A stretch of 63,456 nucleotides of DNA, filler included, from Guillardia theta CCMP2712 (lineage: Eukaryota > Protista > Cryptophyta), in assembly GCF_000315625.1 (NCBI RefSeq). It is 7 parts of 7 records of this genome, joined end to end, with 100 filler letters (N's around TTAATTAATTAA, not from the genome) between each part and the next. Parts side by side here need not be neighbours in the genome. Positions count along the whole stretch, not along the records: positions 24,541 to 52,617 come from NW_005434607.1; 6 more parts are not named here. One strand, written 5' to 3'. Position numbers and translations under genes: made by a program. The notes beneath the pieces are model-generated. The model searched no databases. It saw only the letters and a program-made list of their open reading frames with translations, and was not told where the DNA came from. Positions 24,541-36,453 of the stretch are shown here, in pieces (the first letter of the stretch is position 1; each line of letters begins with the position of its first letter).

Positions 24541-27152
24541 AGGTTTACGAAACACGCTGGGCGGGATTGCGTTACCGCGTTCTCGGCGCTGTTGGCAGCA
24601 GCCAAGTGCCCAAGCGCCTCGCACCCGTTAGCCTGTACCCTCTCGCTCGCCGGGTGACCCCCCATCGCCCCCACGACCGCCCTGATGCCCCCCTCCTCCC
24701 TGATCTTGACCGCGTTCTCGGCGCTGTTGGCAGCAGCCAAGTGCCCAATCGCCTCGCACCCGTTAGCCTGTACCCTCTCGCTCGCCGGGTGACCCCCCAT
24801 CGCCCCCACGACCGCCCTGATGCCCCCCTCCTCCCTGATCTTGACCGCGTTCTCGGCGCTGTTGGCAGCCAAGTACCACAGCAGGCTGCATGCCCCCCCC
24901 TGCACCCTCTCGCTCGCCGGGTGACCCTCCATCGCCCCCACGACCGCCCTGATGCCCCCCTCCTCCCTGATCTTGACCGCGTTCTCGTCGTTGTTGAACG
25001 CCAAGTCATGCAGAAAACTGCACGCATAACAGATGTTTTCTATAATCTCATTGTGTGGCGCCTCTATCATCCCCACGAGCGCTGCGATGCCCCCTTCCTT
25101 CCTGAACTGGATTGCGAAGTCTTCAAAGCGGTCCAAGTACCGCAGAAAGTCAAACAAGCATGAGGGTTGACAAAAATGGCAGTGAGACCTCTCGCTTGTC
25201 GTGTACGCCTGAATCGCCCCCACGATCGCCGAGATACCTCCTTGATCCAAGATTTCCAGTGCAGTTTCGGTCATGATATCGGAGCTGTACTCATCGACTT
25301 CCCCCTCATCAAACAAATAACTCCTGTCGAATGAATGTAGTGTTTGGCATGCCGCTTCCTGTACAAATGCAATTTTCGGATGTGCTTTCATCCCTCGAAG
25401 GATGGTCTCGATGTACTTTTAATCCCTGTCATCACGTTGATCTTTTCAATGCCACCTTGAAACCATGCAAAAAATACTTTTTCGGCTCTTGCTAACAAAA
25501 AATGATATACGTCGCTCACATCTTTCAGCAACGCTGTGTTCGCTCCGAGGATAAACTCTATGTGTGCACTTATTCCATTGATGACCGCGTCGATTCCCCC
25601 TTGCTTCCCAATCTGCACCAAGTATTCTTCTGGAAACTCTTCATCACCGTATGGATTGAAAAAAATGGCAAGCTCCCGTACTTCCTGTCTTGTCGGATAC
25701 TCCTTCATCGCTCTCATGATCGACCCGATATCTCTTATTGGGTCATGATAATTTAGAAGCGCAAAGCTCGTCAGGGCCCCGCAAGCCTCCTCATATACCG
25801 CCTGGCTTGTCGGATGTGTCTTCATCGCTCCGATGATTGCCTCAATGCCACCTTTCTCGGCAATCTCAACTGCGCCACCCCAGTAGAAGGCCAAGATCCT
25901 CAGCGCTCTGCAACCCTGCTCCTGTACTCGCTCGCTCTTCGAATGCTCCTTGATGATATTCAGGATAACCTCGATACCACCATTTTCTATGATATCGGCT
26001 CTGTTTTTCTTTCTTTTCAGCCAAGCTCCCCAGAATCACGCATGCACGTAGTTGTATTTCTGCATTCAACCGGGCAATCTTGACATCTATCCCTCGCATC
26101 ACTTGGATAATTGCGACTATTCCTCTTTTTCTCTCTTTTTTTGTCAGCGTACCGATGTTTTGCAAGATTCTTGTGATTTCCACTGTATTTCGCGCTTGCT
26201 TGAGTTGGTCAATTAGCTTGTTGCTAAGACATGGTTCGTCAGAGTCATCAGAAGCATCAGACTCCGAACTCGTTGATTCATTGGGCTTTTCGTTCATACT
26301 CGGAGCCTGCTCATCGTCATGTGAGCCCTTTTTTTCGTTTGTGATTGTCGTTGCAGTGGCGACTTCAGCAACACAAGAATCCAATGGCTCAGACTTTATT
26401 TTCTTCTTCAGAGGTCCATCGAAAGATTGTTCTTGCTTCAGGATATTTTCTTGTCCCATCCAAGTGACCACGTGACTCGAAACCCTAGCCAGCAGATGGA
26501 TCCCCGGGCATGATTGACGGGAAATATTGACGTTGGAGAACAGTGATTGGTTTTGTCCCATCCAGTAGTACAGGTTCTTCGAGAAGGCGACCGCCTCTTC
26601 GTCCGCCACTGCCTTCTCGTGGCCGATCACAAAGTCTACATGCTTGACTAACTCCCTTGCCACGATGCTTGAGTGGCACAGGTTCAGCACCACAAGCCGC
26701 AGCTTCGTGCAGTTCTGGACAATCACACCCAAAGAGTCTACAAGCTGCTCAACCGTGATACTCCTTCCTCCTATGGTGATGTCACCTTGTTCTGAGCCAT
26801 GGCAGGCGAGATGAAGGATTACAGGCTGAGTATCATTGACCTCACGTATGAGCTGGGAGGTGTTCTTGTAGAAGCTGTAATCAAAGCTCACGTTCTCGGC
26901 AAACCTTATGAACGCCGCATTTTTTGTCTTGTGAGCTCCTCTCTCGAACTCGCTTTTGATCAAATCTCTCTCCTGCTCGACTTTGAGGCCGCTCCGCTCC
27001 TCCGAGTCGGCGAAGAAGAGGACCTTGTGGGGTAGCTCACACGAGAAAAGAGCATCGTCCGGGTCTTCTTTTGCCCGCTTGTGGTCGCAGCAGATGCAGA
27101 TGCTGCTAAGCTTTCTGCTGGTGCTTGATGTGGCCATGGAAGAGGATATCAT
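24541..27152 (-). CDS. CHAT (clan CD, caspase-like) protease domain fused to Armadillo repeats; two apparent frameshifts; 3' end runs into a gap
   Basis: PVILHLACHG and LRLVVLNLCHS (His/Cys dyad), VIG...VADEEAVAFSKNLY. ARM repeats GGIRAVVGAM..HP.SERVQ..GC.AL. Frame changes at A-runs near 26010 and 25420. Confidence 0.8.
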
Positions 27153-28208
27153 CTAATATGAGGGGTGAAGAAACACGACTGGGGGTGGGGTATTTCTGGG
27201 ATGAGGTGGTGTATTTCTGATGGGGGTGGTAATTTCTGCTAGTAAACGGTATGGTGGGGTCCTTCCATCAATTGTGGGTGGGTGGTGACGATGCGGTACT
27301 TTTGAAAGGCTACTAGGTTGAAAAAAAGGAACTAATGAACAGAGAATGTCGGAAAGTTCTTCCGATCATCTTTGGTGGGGTACGACAGGTGACCAAAGAA
27401 AATGATGGGGGTAGGCAAGACAAAAAGAAAGTGCTGCCGGGGGTGGTAAAAGGGGAATTCAACAGGAGGTGGGGGTAGATAATCTGAATGTCTGGGGGGT
27501 GGGGTATGGCACTTCCCCAGCTGGGGAGAACCGTTGAACGGGGGGCGGCCCGGCGCGGCGTGCCCAGCCCGCCGGCGGCCCGGGACCCTTTGGCCGCTTG
27601 AGATAGAAGACTCAGGGTCTAGGTGTCACAGTGGAACTTGATGAGTGACTCACACCGCGGCTGGCACTGATGCATCCCGCCGCGTACGGTCCGGCATGCA
27701 AAGAGCTCAAAGCCCGTGACGCGGCAGTCACTGAGCGCAAGAAAGCTCCGCTGTCAGCGTACTGAGCTCCATGGTGATCAGTCCGGAACTCAGTGCCCGG
27801 ACGTGCGACTCGGATGCGGGCCCGAGCCCGGTGATTTGTCAAACTTTATGACAACCCCCACCCCCTTTTCACCTGCGCCCTACCCCCAGATCCCCTCTCG
27901 ACCCAATGGTCGCCTTTGGACTAGGGACGAAAGGGAGAGGGACAACGAAGGAGAGGGGAGGCATGAAGGGCAAGAGTGTAGAGGACAGGTGGCTTGATGG
28001 ATAGAAATGCATCTTCACACACAGCGCTGATTCTAGAAGAATTCCAAGGAGCAGACTTCTCTACCTTGCTATGTAACGTTCGTTTCCTGCAGTAGACCCT
28101 TACTCCATGTGAACAGGTGTTGTCCAGGAGGCATGAATGTTGAGTTCATGGCATCGCCGTGCCATAGGTTGAATTGCGTCAGTCCATGATTGGCTCAGTT
28201 GCAGCTTC

Positions 28209-30616
28209 ATGACTATCCTTCACCGGCTCTTATTGCTCTTCTTGCTCTCAAACTCAATCCATGCAGACATCAACACTCAGCTCCTGGAGAACGGACCGAA
28301 CAGAATAGTTGACATACAAGGCAACCCGGTCATCCCAAGTTCGCCGGCGCCATGGTGGTTCAACGGCGGGATAGTTGCCCCCCCGGCCTTCGACGTCTCG
28401 GAGGGCACTTTCCTGGACAAGGTAGAGGTTAAGATTTTCTGCGCAACGAACGACGCTGTCATCTTGTACACCGTTGAGCCTTACCAGGCCCAGGGAGGTG
28501 GGCCGCAGCTGGAGGGGAGTCAGCTGCTGGGGAGCGTGTACGACGGGAGACCGGTCGTGATCACCCGTACCAGCGTGGTCAAGGCCATAGCAGTTCACCT
28601 GTACGCTCTTGACAGCTCAGTCTCTCAGACCGGCGTCATCTACATCCGTGTCAAACCGCCGACGTTCACCATCACCCGAGGAGGCGCGGAGGGGTCGGCC
28701 ATCGTGACCGTCCTCGCGTCATCCGCCGAGCCCTCGGCCGAACCCTACATCTCCGTCGCCTTCGACAACGACCTCCCTCTTCCTGAGCACCCAACGGGCA
28801 TCCGGCAGCTCAACGTCACCCTCCTCAAGAGCGCAGTGGTGCGGGCGATCGCGTTTCAAAACGGCCTCCTGCCCAGTGACGTCGCGTCCTCGGGCTTGAT
28901 CAGCGTGCAGGGGATGCAGGCAGCAGGAGGAAGCGGGTTTGTCCTCGCCGGATGTTGGGACGTTGGAGCTGCGAGCAGCTTCTACGGCAACTACACGAGG
29001 CCGAGGAGACAGGACGCGTCCTGCAACGAGCAGTTCCCCACCATGATCGAGCCGGCGCTAGTGCGGGAGTGCGGGGGAGGGCTGGGCCCGTTGATGCTGG
29101 TTGGGCCATCTTGCAAGGGAGGAGAGTGGGACGTAGACCCTAGCGGGGTCTCTCCGTGCGACCTGTTGCCTCTCGTCTATCACGCGACCGACGGGTACCA
29201 AGGGAGGGCGCTGAAGCCCCTGAGAGTTATGCCAAACTGCTCGACCTCGGGACAACCGCGCTTGACTGACTTTGTCGAGGAGAACAGGTGGGAGGGAGGA
29301 GGAGGAGGAGGAGGAGGAGGATGAGGAGGAGGAGGAGGAGGAGGAGGAGGAGCAAGAGGAGGTAGGAAATTCCTTGTTCGCTGACGTTCTAAACTTGCAG
29401 GGGCTTGATGGGAATGAGGTTCGATGGGTCGATGAATACTATGCTCCTCCTCTTTCAGAATGTCGACGAGCTGGTCCAGGCGCAGCTGCTCCCCTCAGGA
29501 GCTATGACGCTGGAACTCGAGGTCTCCTGCTCCTACTGCTCCTACTGCTCCACCATCATCCCTCCCTCCCTCCCTTCCTGTCCTTCTCCTCCTTCCCCTC
29601 CTCTTGCTTGCTCTGATGCCCCTACTCGCTCACAGGTCGTCTTCGATCCCGTGAGGATGGAAAGGAACTCCTCCTACGCCCTCATGGCCGTCAAACAATC
29701 CACCGGGAACTTTGCGGGCGCCAACGAGGAGTACAGCAAGGGATGGGCGCTGACCTACCACACCTTCGCCAACCAAGTGAGCCCCCTCCCTCCATCTCCT
29801 TCGCAACATCCTCTTCCTTTTCACTCCTGCCTCGTCGCCTCTCTCCTCCGCCCTCCCTCCATCGTCCTCCTCCCTCCTTCATCCTCCCTGTGATGCTGCT
29901 CCTGACCTCTCCTCACCCTTGCACAGACTGTCGACGAGGTCACCCTCTCCTTCTCCATCGCCCTCGAGGCCAACTTGGGCCAGAGCGATCTGCCGAGCAT
30001 GCAGGTGCTTGAGTACTCCTTCCTGCCACAGCAAGTCCTTCCTCCTACCTGGACACACCTCCTCGTCCTCTACGACCTGCACTCTCTCCAGCTCTTTGTC
30101 AATGGCTCCCTGGTGGCTCAATCGCAGGCCTGTGCTGTTCCCCTCGATCCTCTCAGGGGCTGCGGGAGGATACAGTACCCCTCGTTCCTCGACCCCCGCG
30201 CGCACGGACCAGCCTCCTTCACGGTCGGGGGGTACCAGGACGGGGGCATGGGGATTGCGAGGAGCCACGAGGGCCTACTGGGGAGGGTTCGGCTCTTCTC
30301 GGAGGCGCTCATGGGGGACGTGATCCGAGCAGCTGCCCAGCAGATGACGCTGGCAGGGCCCGTCAACCCCTGCAGCAGCGGGACCTTCGGGGTGTTTGCG
30401 GGGATGTCGCCGTGCTCCCCCTGCCCACCTGGGACCTTCAACCCTCTGACTGGGCAGGTAAGAACAGCAGCAGCGTCTCCTCCTCCTCTTCCTCGTCCTT
30501 GTCCTCATCCTTCTCTCTTTCATCATCATCGTCGTTGGGTTCTCCTTCACCTTCATCGTCCTTGTCCTTGTCCTTCAGGACCTCCTCCTCCTCCTCCTCC
30601 TCCTCCTCCTCCTCCT

Positions 30617-30648
<32 letters not shown>

Positions 30649-32619
30649 CTGACATGGCATGCAGGAGAGCTGCCCCGCTTGCCCTGAGGGTTTCTTTTCG
30701 GAGGCAGCAGGAGCGACTATCTGCAGCGTGTGCTCGGTAGGGAAGACAAGCTCCCCTGGCGCCAAGAGCGTCACTGACTGCGTCGAGCCCGACCCCTGTA
30801 TCCACCAAGTCTGCGACCTCAGAGCGACCTGTGCGCAGGTCTTCCTCCTCCTCCTCCTCCTCNNNNNNNNNNNNNNNNNNNNNNNNNNNNNNNNNNNNNN
30901 NNNNNNNNNNNNNNNNNNNNNNNNNNNNNNNNNNNNNNNNNNNNNNNNNNNNNNNNNNNNNNTCGTCCTCCTCCTCCTCCTCCTCCTTCCCTACCTGTCG
31001 TCTGCCTGTCTTGTACCTGATCTAACCCCTCCCTTCCTCCGATGATCTGCCGCTGTTGCTCCTGCTGCCCTTCTCCCCCCTCCACCTCCTCCCTCACTCT
31101 GCTGGTCAGGTCCCGGGCTCCTTCACCTGCACGTGTCTCATCGGCTATTTGGGCGATGGCTTCACGTGCGCCCCCATCTGCGGCGATGGGCTGAAGCAGC
31201 CGGAGGAGGGTTGCGACGACGGCAACACTGACCTCGGGGACGGATGCAGCAGCCACTGCACAGTCGAGGAAGGTAAGTCGTGCCTCCCTGCAGTCTTCCT
31301 GCTTCCTCCCTTGTTCTCTTCTTGCTTCCTCCCTCTCACGCTCCTGTACTCTCCTTCTGTCCCGGGTCTCTGTTGCCACATCTCAAGGGATCCACAGGCT
31401 TCGTCTGCTCCACGGGCTCGACTACATCCTCCCTCTCCTCCTGCGTCTGCATCGATGACGAGGAGATCTGCTGCGCCCGCCAGCTCACCAACTGCATGGC
31501 GAAGCAAGGACGGTTTGACTCGCGGGGGATCAACGCGCGGGGAGAGGACAAGCCGGTGGCAGCAGGAGACACCTGGGTGCTCGCTGAAGCCTCTGAAGAT
31601 TGCAATGCTGCCTGTGCTCGCATTCTCCCCGGCTTTTACTGCATACCCCACACAGGGAGCAGCTTGCTCGTCAGCTCCTTTAACGTCTCGCTGGTTCAAG
31701 TTCTCAAGCAAGCCGGGGAGGAGAGGAACGCTACCTGCGAGAGGAGCTACATTCTCGACCCCTTGCACCTACACTTCCTCCAGCCCTCCGACCTCGCCGC
31801 CCTCCCTATGATCGATGAGTTCGGCACCGCTGGCACTGTGAGGCCTCTTGTTCTCCCCCGCGTTCCCGCCGCTACGTGTCGTCCTCTTATGCGCCTTTCA
31901 TCCATGCTATCTTCTGCTGCTGCTGCTGCTGCTGCTCCTCTTGGTTCTCCTCCTCTTTCTCATTATCCTCCACCACCTCCTCTTTCTCCTCTTCCTCCTT
32001 TTCATTTTTCTCCTCGTCCTTGTCGTCCTCCATTTCTTGCTCTGAATGACTGACGTTTCGCAGAGGAGCTTCACAACAGCGCTCCCACTTGCTGGCGACG
32101 GGCTCGTCTGCTACGCATTGAATCCTGCGTTCGCTTCCCCCGCCTCCTCCTCCTCCTGCTCTGCTGTTCCAAGGTCCCCCCTCCCCCCCCTTCCCCCCCG
32201 TCTCAACCCGGTTGATGAAGTTTGCTCGCAGCATCTCCTCCGCTCGCCGGCTCTGCCAGTGCATGGAACCGCCGAGCGTTTGTGTAAGTGACTGTCTGGC
32301 TGCCCAACAAGAATGTCTGGCAAACGCTACGAAGGTGGTAAGACGACTGTACATTGTGATGTTGGAAATATCGCCATCATCGCCAAGATTGACAGGTTTG
32401 GTGTTTGTTCGCAGAAGCAGAGGGTCGAGGCGGCTCGAGTGGAGTACTTTCCCTGTCTCAACAACCCTTCCTGGTCCTACAAGTTGCCTCAGGTAATCAT
32501 TGACACCTTGCTGCAACCTGCAGATGTCTGTTGTACCTTTCTGTTGCCAGAATTTCCTCTCTCCTGCTCCTGCTCCTGCTCCTGCTCCCGCTCCCGCTCC
32601 CGCTCCCGCTCCCGCTCCC

Positions 32620-32653
<34 letters not shown>

Positions 32654-33754
32654 ACGCATCCTCTTGCTCTCTCACCTCCTTCTCAGCCACCAGGAATTCT
32701 CAACGACGTCTTCCTCACCTGCGACACCATCAGCGCTAGTTTCTGCGCGCAGCAGATCGGCGTGGGATGCGATGAGTGCCCTTTATCCTGTGGCTCCTGC
32801 AAGACCTGCTACCAGGTTTGAGCCCCTTGCCGCAGTGCAAGGCACTTGCTCCCTCCTCCGTCTCGTGCCTTCCCACCTGTTCCTCTCTTCCTCCTCCTCT
32901 GCATTCCCTCTGTTTTCCTTTTCTCCACCTCCCTGCCCTTCCCTGCTCTGCTCCTTGCCCGCGCTCCCCTGTCATTCTCTCCAACCCCTCACTGGTCTCG
33001 TCACGTTGGACACGTGTGCCCCCTCCCTTTCCTTGTCAATCTTTCCGGAAAACTTTGGAAACGGGAAAGATGAACAGGGGATCAGCAAGAAGAAGCACCC
33101 TCTCCTTCCTTCCTCCTGCCAAGTTCTCTGCTTGAGACACCTTCTTCTTCAGTTCCCCTCCTCACTCCCTCATCTTCTCATCTCCCTCGCAGGACAGGAA
33201 GCAGTTCTACTATGGCGTGGCCCCCCCGCCCACCGTCAACTTGACGCTGCCCGAAGATCTGCCTCGGTGCCCCAGCTCGTCAATCCGCTCGCGGTGATTT
33301 TCAAATCCTCTTATCATCATTCCTTCTCTCCCTCCTCCCTCCTCTCCTTCTCTGGTCCCGTCCTCCTCTCCCTCCACCATCTCCGTCTACCCCCTCCACG
33401 TGCTCCCTGTCTACATCCCCCTTCCATGCTTCATTCCATTCTCCGCCTACTCCCAGCCTGCCTCATTTCTCTCTACCGCAAGTCTCTTCACAACCCTGCA
33501 CCCTACCCCCGTTCTAACAGGCAGGCAGATGCGGTGACGACCCCTACTGCATCCTCTCCGTCTGCAACAAGGGCCTGGCGGACTGCACAGTCGAAGGCAT
33601 CGCCTCGGTCTGCAAGGACCTGAGCTGCTGGGGGCTGATGAGCAGTATCGTCACCAACTGCCTGTCTGCCGCCTGGAAGACGAGCAAGATCAAGGACCAG
33701 CTGACGTGCGAGTGTCTGACATGGCATTCCTACTGCCTTACCTTCCTTCAATGA
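28209..33754 (+). CDS. Large secreted Cys-rich mosaic protein: FN3-associated/chitobiase-C-like, LamG-like, ephrin-receptor-like Cys repeats, EGF, Myxococcus-type CGDG repeat; multi-exon
   Basis: Signal peptide; ATNDAVILYT..VVKAIA; WTHLLVLYD...LFVNG...GRVRLF; CPPGTFN / CPEGFFS; FTCTCLIGYLGDGFTC; CGDG...EGCDDGN...GDGCS..C. The last exon ends CLTFLQ*. Confidence 0.8.
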
Positions 33755-33847
33755 TCTCTTTTACTACTCCCTCGCCTGCTGATCAGAGTACCTAGTTGCA
33801 CCATCGGCGAGCAAGTTGCAAGGATGTGCGAGGCTTACAGGATCCCG

Positions 33848-33900
33848 GGTCCTTCAATGATGTCCGTGCATAAGCTTTGTGGACAGCATGTCATCCGACC
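33848..33900 (-). promoter_or_regulatory. SECIS element of the membrane selenoprotein gene
   Basis: On the minus strand: ggtc-gg-AUGA-C-AUGCUGUCC-ac-AAA-gcuuaugc-ac-GGACAUCAU-U-GA-A-g-gacc. It has the kink-turn core, a 9-position helix with one mismatch and apical AAA, 47 nt after the stop. Confidence 0.88.
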
Positions 33901-33946
33901 TCGGCTCTTGAAACTCTCCGCGCACCCTTCACTTCACCTTCTGCAT

Positions 33947-34870
33947 TCATATCCCGTCGTCCGCCCTGATCGCCTTCCACTCCTCGCGTATCTTCCGCAG
34001 TTTGCCAACAAGGTCCGCATTCCAGAATGTTGCAAAGAAGAACAGCGCAAACCCGGCATACGTCATGCTCAAGAAGACCAACCCGACAGTAGAAAGACAG
34101 GACATAGATTCCATCCCCGTGCTACACGTGTGGTCAAAGCTGCCCTCGCCGATGTAGCACGTGAAACATGAACTCCCCTCGCCGACCGCGTACGACCCTC
34201 CCCCGCAGTCAAACGAGCCACAGTCAGTGCTGGCGTTGCATGACCGAGGAGGCGACATTGCGATCCTCACAGCGCAGTTGGGAACGTACTGGCTCGAACC
34301 AGGCCATGGCCCCGCAGGCCACACGTTCGTGTCTTGCAGAACATGGCGCATGTTGTCACCCAGGATCAGGATAGCCGCCAGGAGCGTGAGGTAGGCAGGG
34401 CCAAAGCGCATGCAGTGACCAGGGATATGTCTTCTGCCATTGACAGCGTTCCTGAGGACGAAGACGAAGGAGAAGGAGAAAACTAGAAAATTAACACCCA
34501 GGGATAGGAAGTGCCCTAGCTGCCTAGACGCGCTGGTGACGGTGCCTCCTAGGAGGGGGATCACCAGCGCAGGCCAGCATCATGCACCCACAAGTGCAGG
34601 GATGGATAGAAGGAGGGTGAGGAAGGAAATGATCAACCCCTTCCTCCCTCCCTCCACCTGCCCCTTCACTTCTCCCACCTCCACATCCACCCTTACTTGC
34701 CCTTCCTCAGCAGCTCTCGCAGAGGAGAGGAGAGGCTCTTCCTCATCCTGTTGCTGCTCATGAATGGTGGGAGAGGAGGTGGATGGAGAGGAGGTGGAGG
34801 GGCCTCAGCTCGTGCATCCGCCTCCCTTCCTTGCGCTCTTCGGCACAAACCTGCATGAATCGCCGGCCAT
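33947..34870 (-). CDS. Membrane selenoprotein (MSP-like), 307 aa, with two in-frame UGA/Sec (codons 22 and 97)
   Basis: ATG 34870: MAGDSCRFVPKSARKGGGCTS-U(34805-34807)-GPS...LLLSIPALVGA-U(34580-34582)-CWPALVIP. It continues in frame into the multi-TM ORF ending at 33947. A SECIS lies downstream. Confidence 0.85.
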
Positions 34871-35170
34871 GCCGAATTGGGACAAGGTGGGTTAGGATGG
34901 AATTTAGGGGGTAGAGGTACTTCAAGTACCGGTACATGGACCATTTTTTCAGTATTGAAACAAGGGGTATGAGCAATGATAGCACGGGTGGTCATAACTG
35001 CGGTAGCTTGTTGTAGTTTTGGGCATGGCTGGAAGGCTGCTAGATAGACAGGGGTAGGGTAGAAAGACAACGGGTTCCAATGATGGATCATAGAAGGGGT
35101 ACAATACGCAATTCTACCTACTGAATTCAAGGGGTAGATGGATGGTGGTGGGTTGGGGGGTGGGGGGTTG

Positions 35171-35438
35171 TTGTTTGTGCTAGAAACGGGAGGGGCAACA
35201 ATATGAAACGTCGCATTATGGACTCCACGAAAATGCGGGGGATGAGGGTAATGTGAACGAGGGGGATGAGGTTTTACCCTCATACCGCACGCAAGGGACG
35301 AGTTTTAGCGATTTGAAACAGGATTTGAAAGGTCCCCTCCAAACCCACCAAGCTTCACACTGGGTGGCCCACATCCCCCCGCATTTGGAAAAAGAGAACG
35401 ATTCGTATTGTTGCCCCTCTCATTCCTAGCACAAACAA
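35171..35438. repeat. Imperfect ~41-nt inverted repeat pair (MITE-like) inside a GGGTAGGGT-rich non-coding region
   Basis: ttgtttgtgctagaaacgggaggggcaacaatatgaaacgt (35171-35211) versus acgattcgtattgttgcccctctcattcctagcacaaacaa (35398-35438). Confidence 0.7.
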
Positions 35439-36453
35439 TCTACCCCCGTCCAGAGGACCCCTCCTTTTTGACCCCACCCCCTAAATATCATGTTGGATTA
35501 CTATATGCTCCCTGCTGAAACACCGTTGTTCAGAGGAGACCTGTCCACCTCCACCCTACCCTAATAGACACAGCACCCTACTTTTATCGTATAGGAAATG
35601 GGTACCGTTACTACCCTACCTCATCCTGTCTAATAGAGACATGATGGGGTCTTTTTACCTCTTATCCAAGCTGAATTAGTGGGTAGGGTGATCAATTCAT
35701 GTAATCCAGGGGTAGGTAGTCATGGAGTGCCTTTTGCATGTTATAAAGATGTCTAACAGGGGTGGTCTTGAAATTGTGTTTGTGGGGGTAGGGTATCACT
35801 GAACGGGTGAAATAAAGTTGAAGGTCATCCAGGCCAGTCATTACGTGGGGTAATATGATGATTCATTGTGGGTGTATGTGCACTTGAATGGAATGATGGG
35901 GGTAGGGTAGATAAGTGGCATCATGAAATATGGGTAGGGTAATTCTGGATCATGCTTGTGTGTGGTGGGGGTAGTCAAGGGGGGTAGGGTAGTCTTCTCT
36001 GGGCGAACATGGAAGGAAATGAACTCAAGGAAAGCACGAGTACCAGGAATGACATGAGCAGAAGGACGGTAGGAGAGACAGTACAGGTGATGCAGGCGAT
36101 TCAAGGGATGCAGGCGCTACATGAGTTGCAGGTGGTGCAGGAGTTGTTAGGAGGAGTGGAAGGGGCAAGATGTGTAGCAAGGCGAAGAGGATATGGGTGA
36201 GGAGGGAGCATGGGCAAGGGCAGTTAATCATTTGGTCAAACTCGGAAGCTCGAGGATAGATGGGTACGTGGGGAAAAGTTTGTATACAGTGTAAGTGTGA
36301 AAAGCTGAATTATTCAGGATATCTCAAATACATGTACGGCGGCAATTATATTTAGAGCAGAGCATCGCGAGTATAGCGATTTGCTTCCAGAGTAGCAAGT
36401 CAAGGGTCCATGCTAGTCGTAAGATGTCTTAACTTGTAACTTGTAGGGATATC

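Noticed and set aside
8909-27152. GBP + LRR + CHAT-ARM as one immune island
   Set aside because: CHAT-ARM is separated from the others by two artificial contig spacers, so linkage is unsupported.
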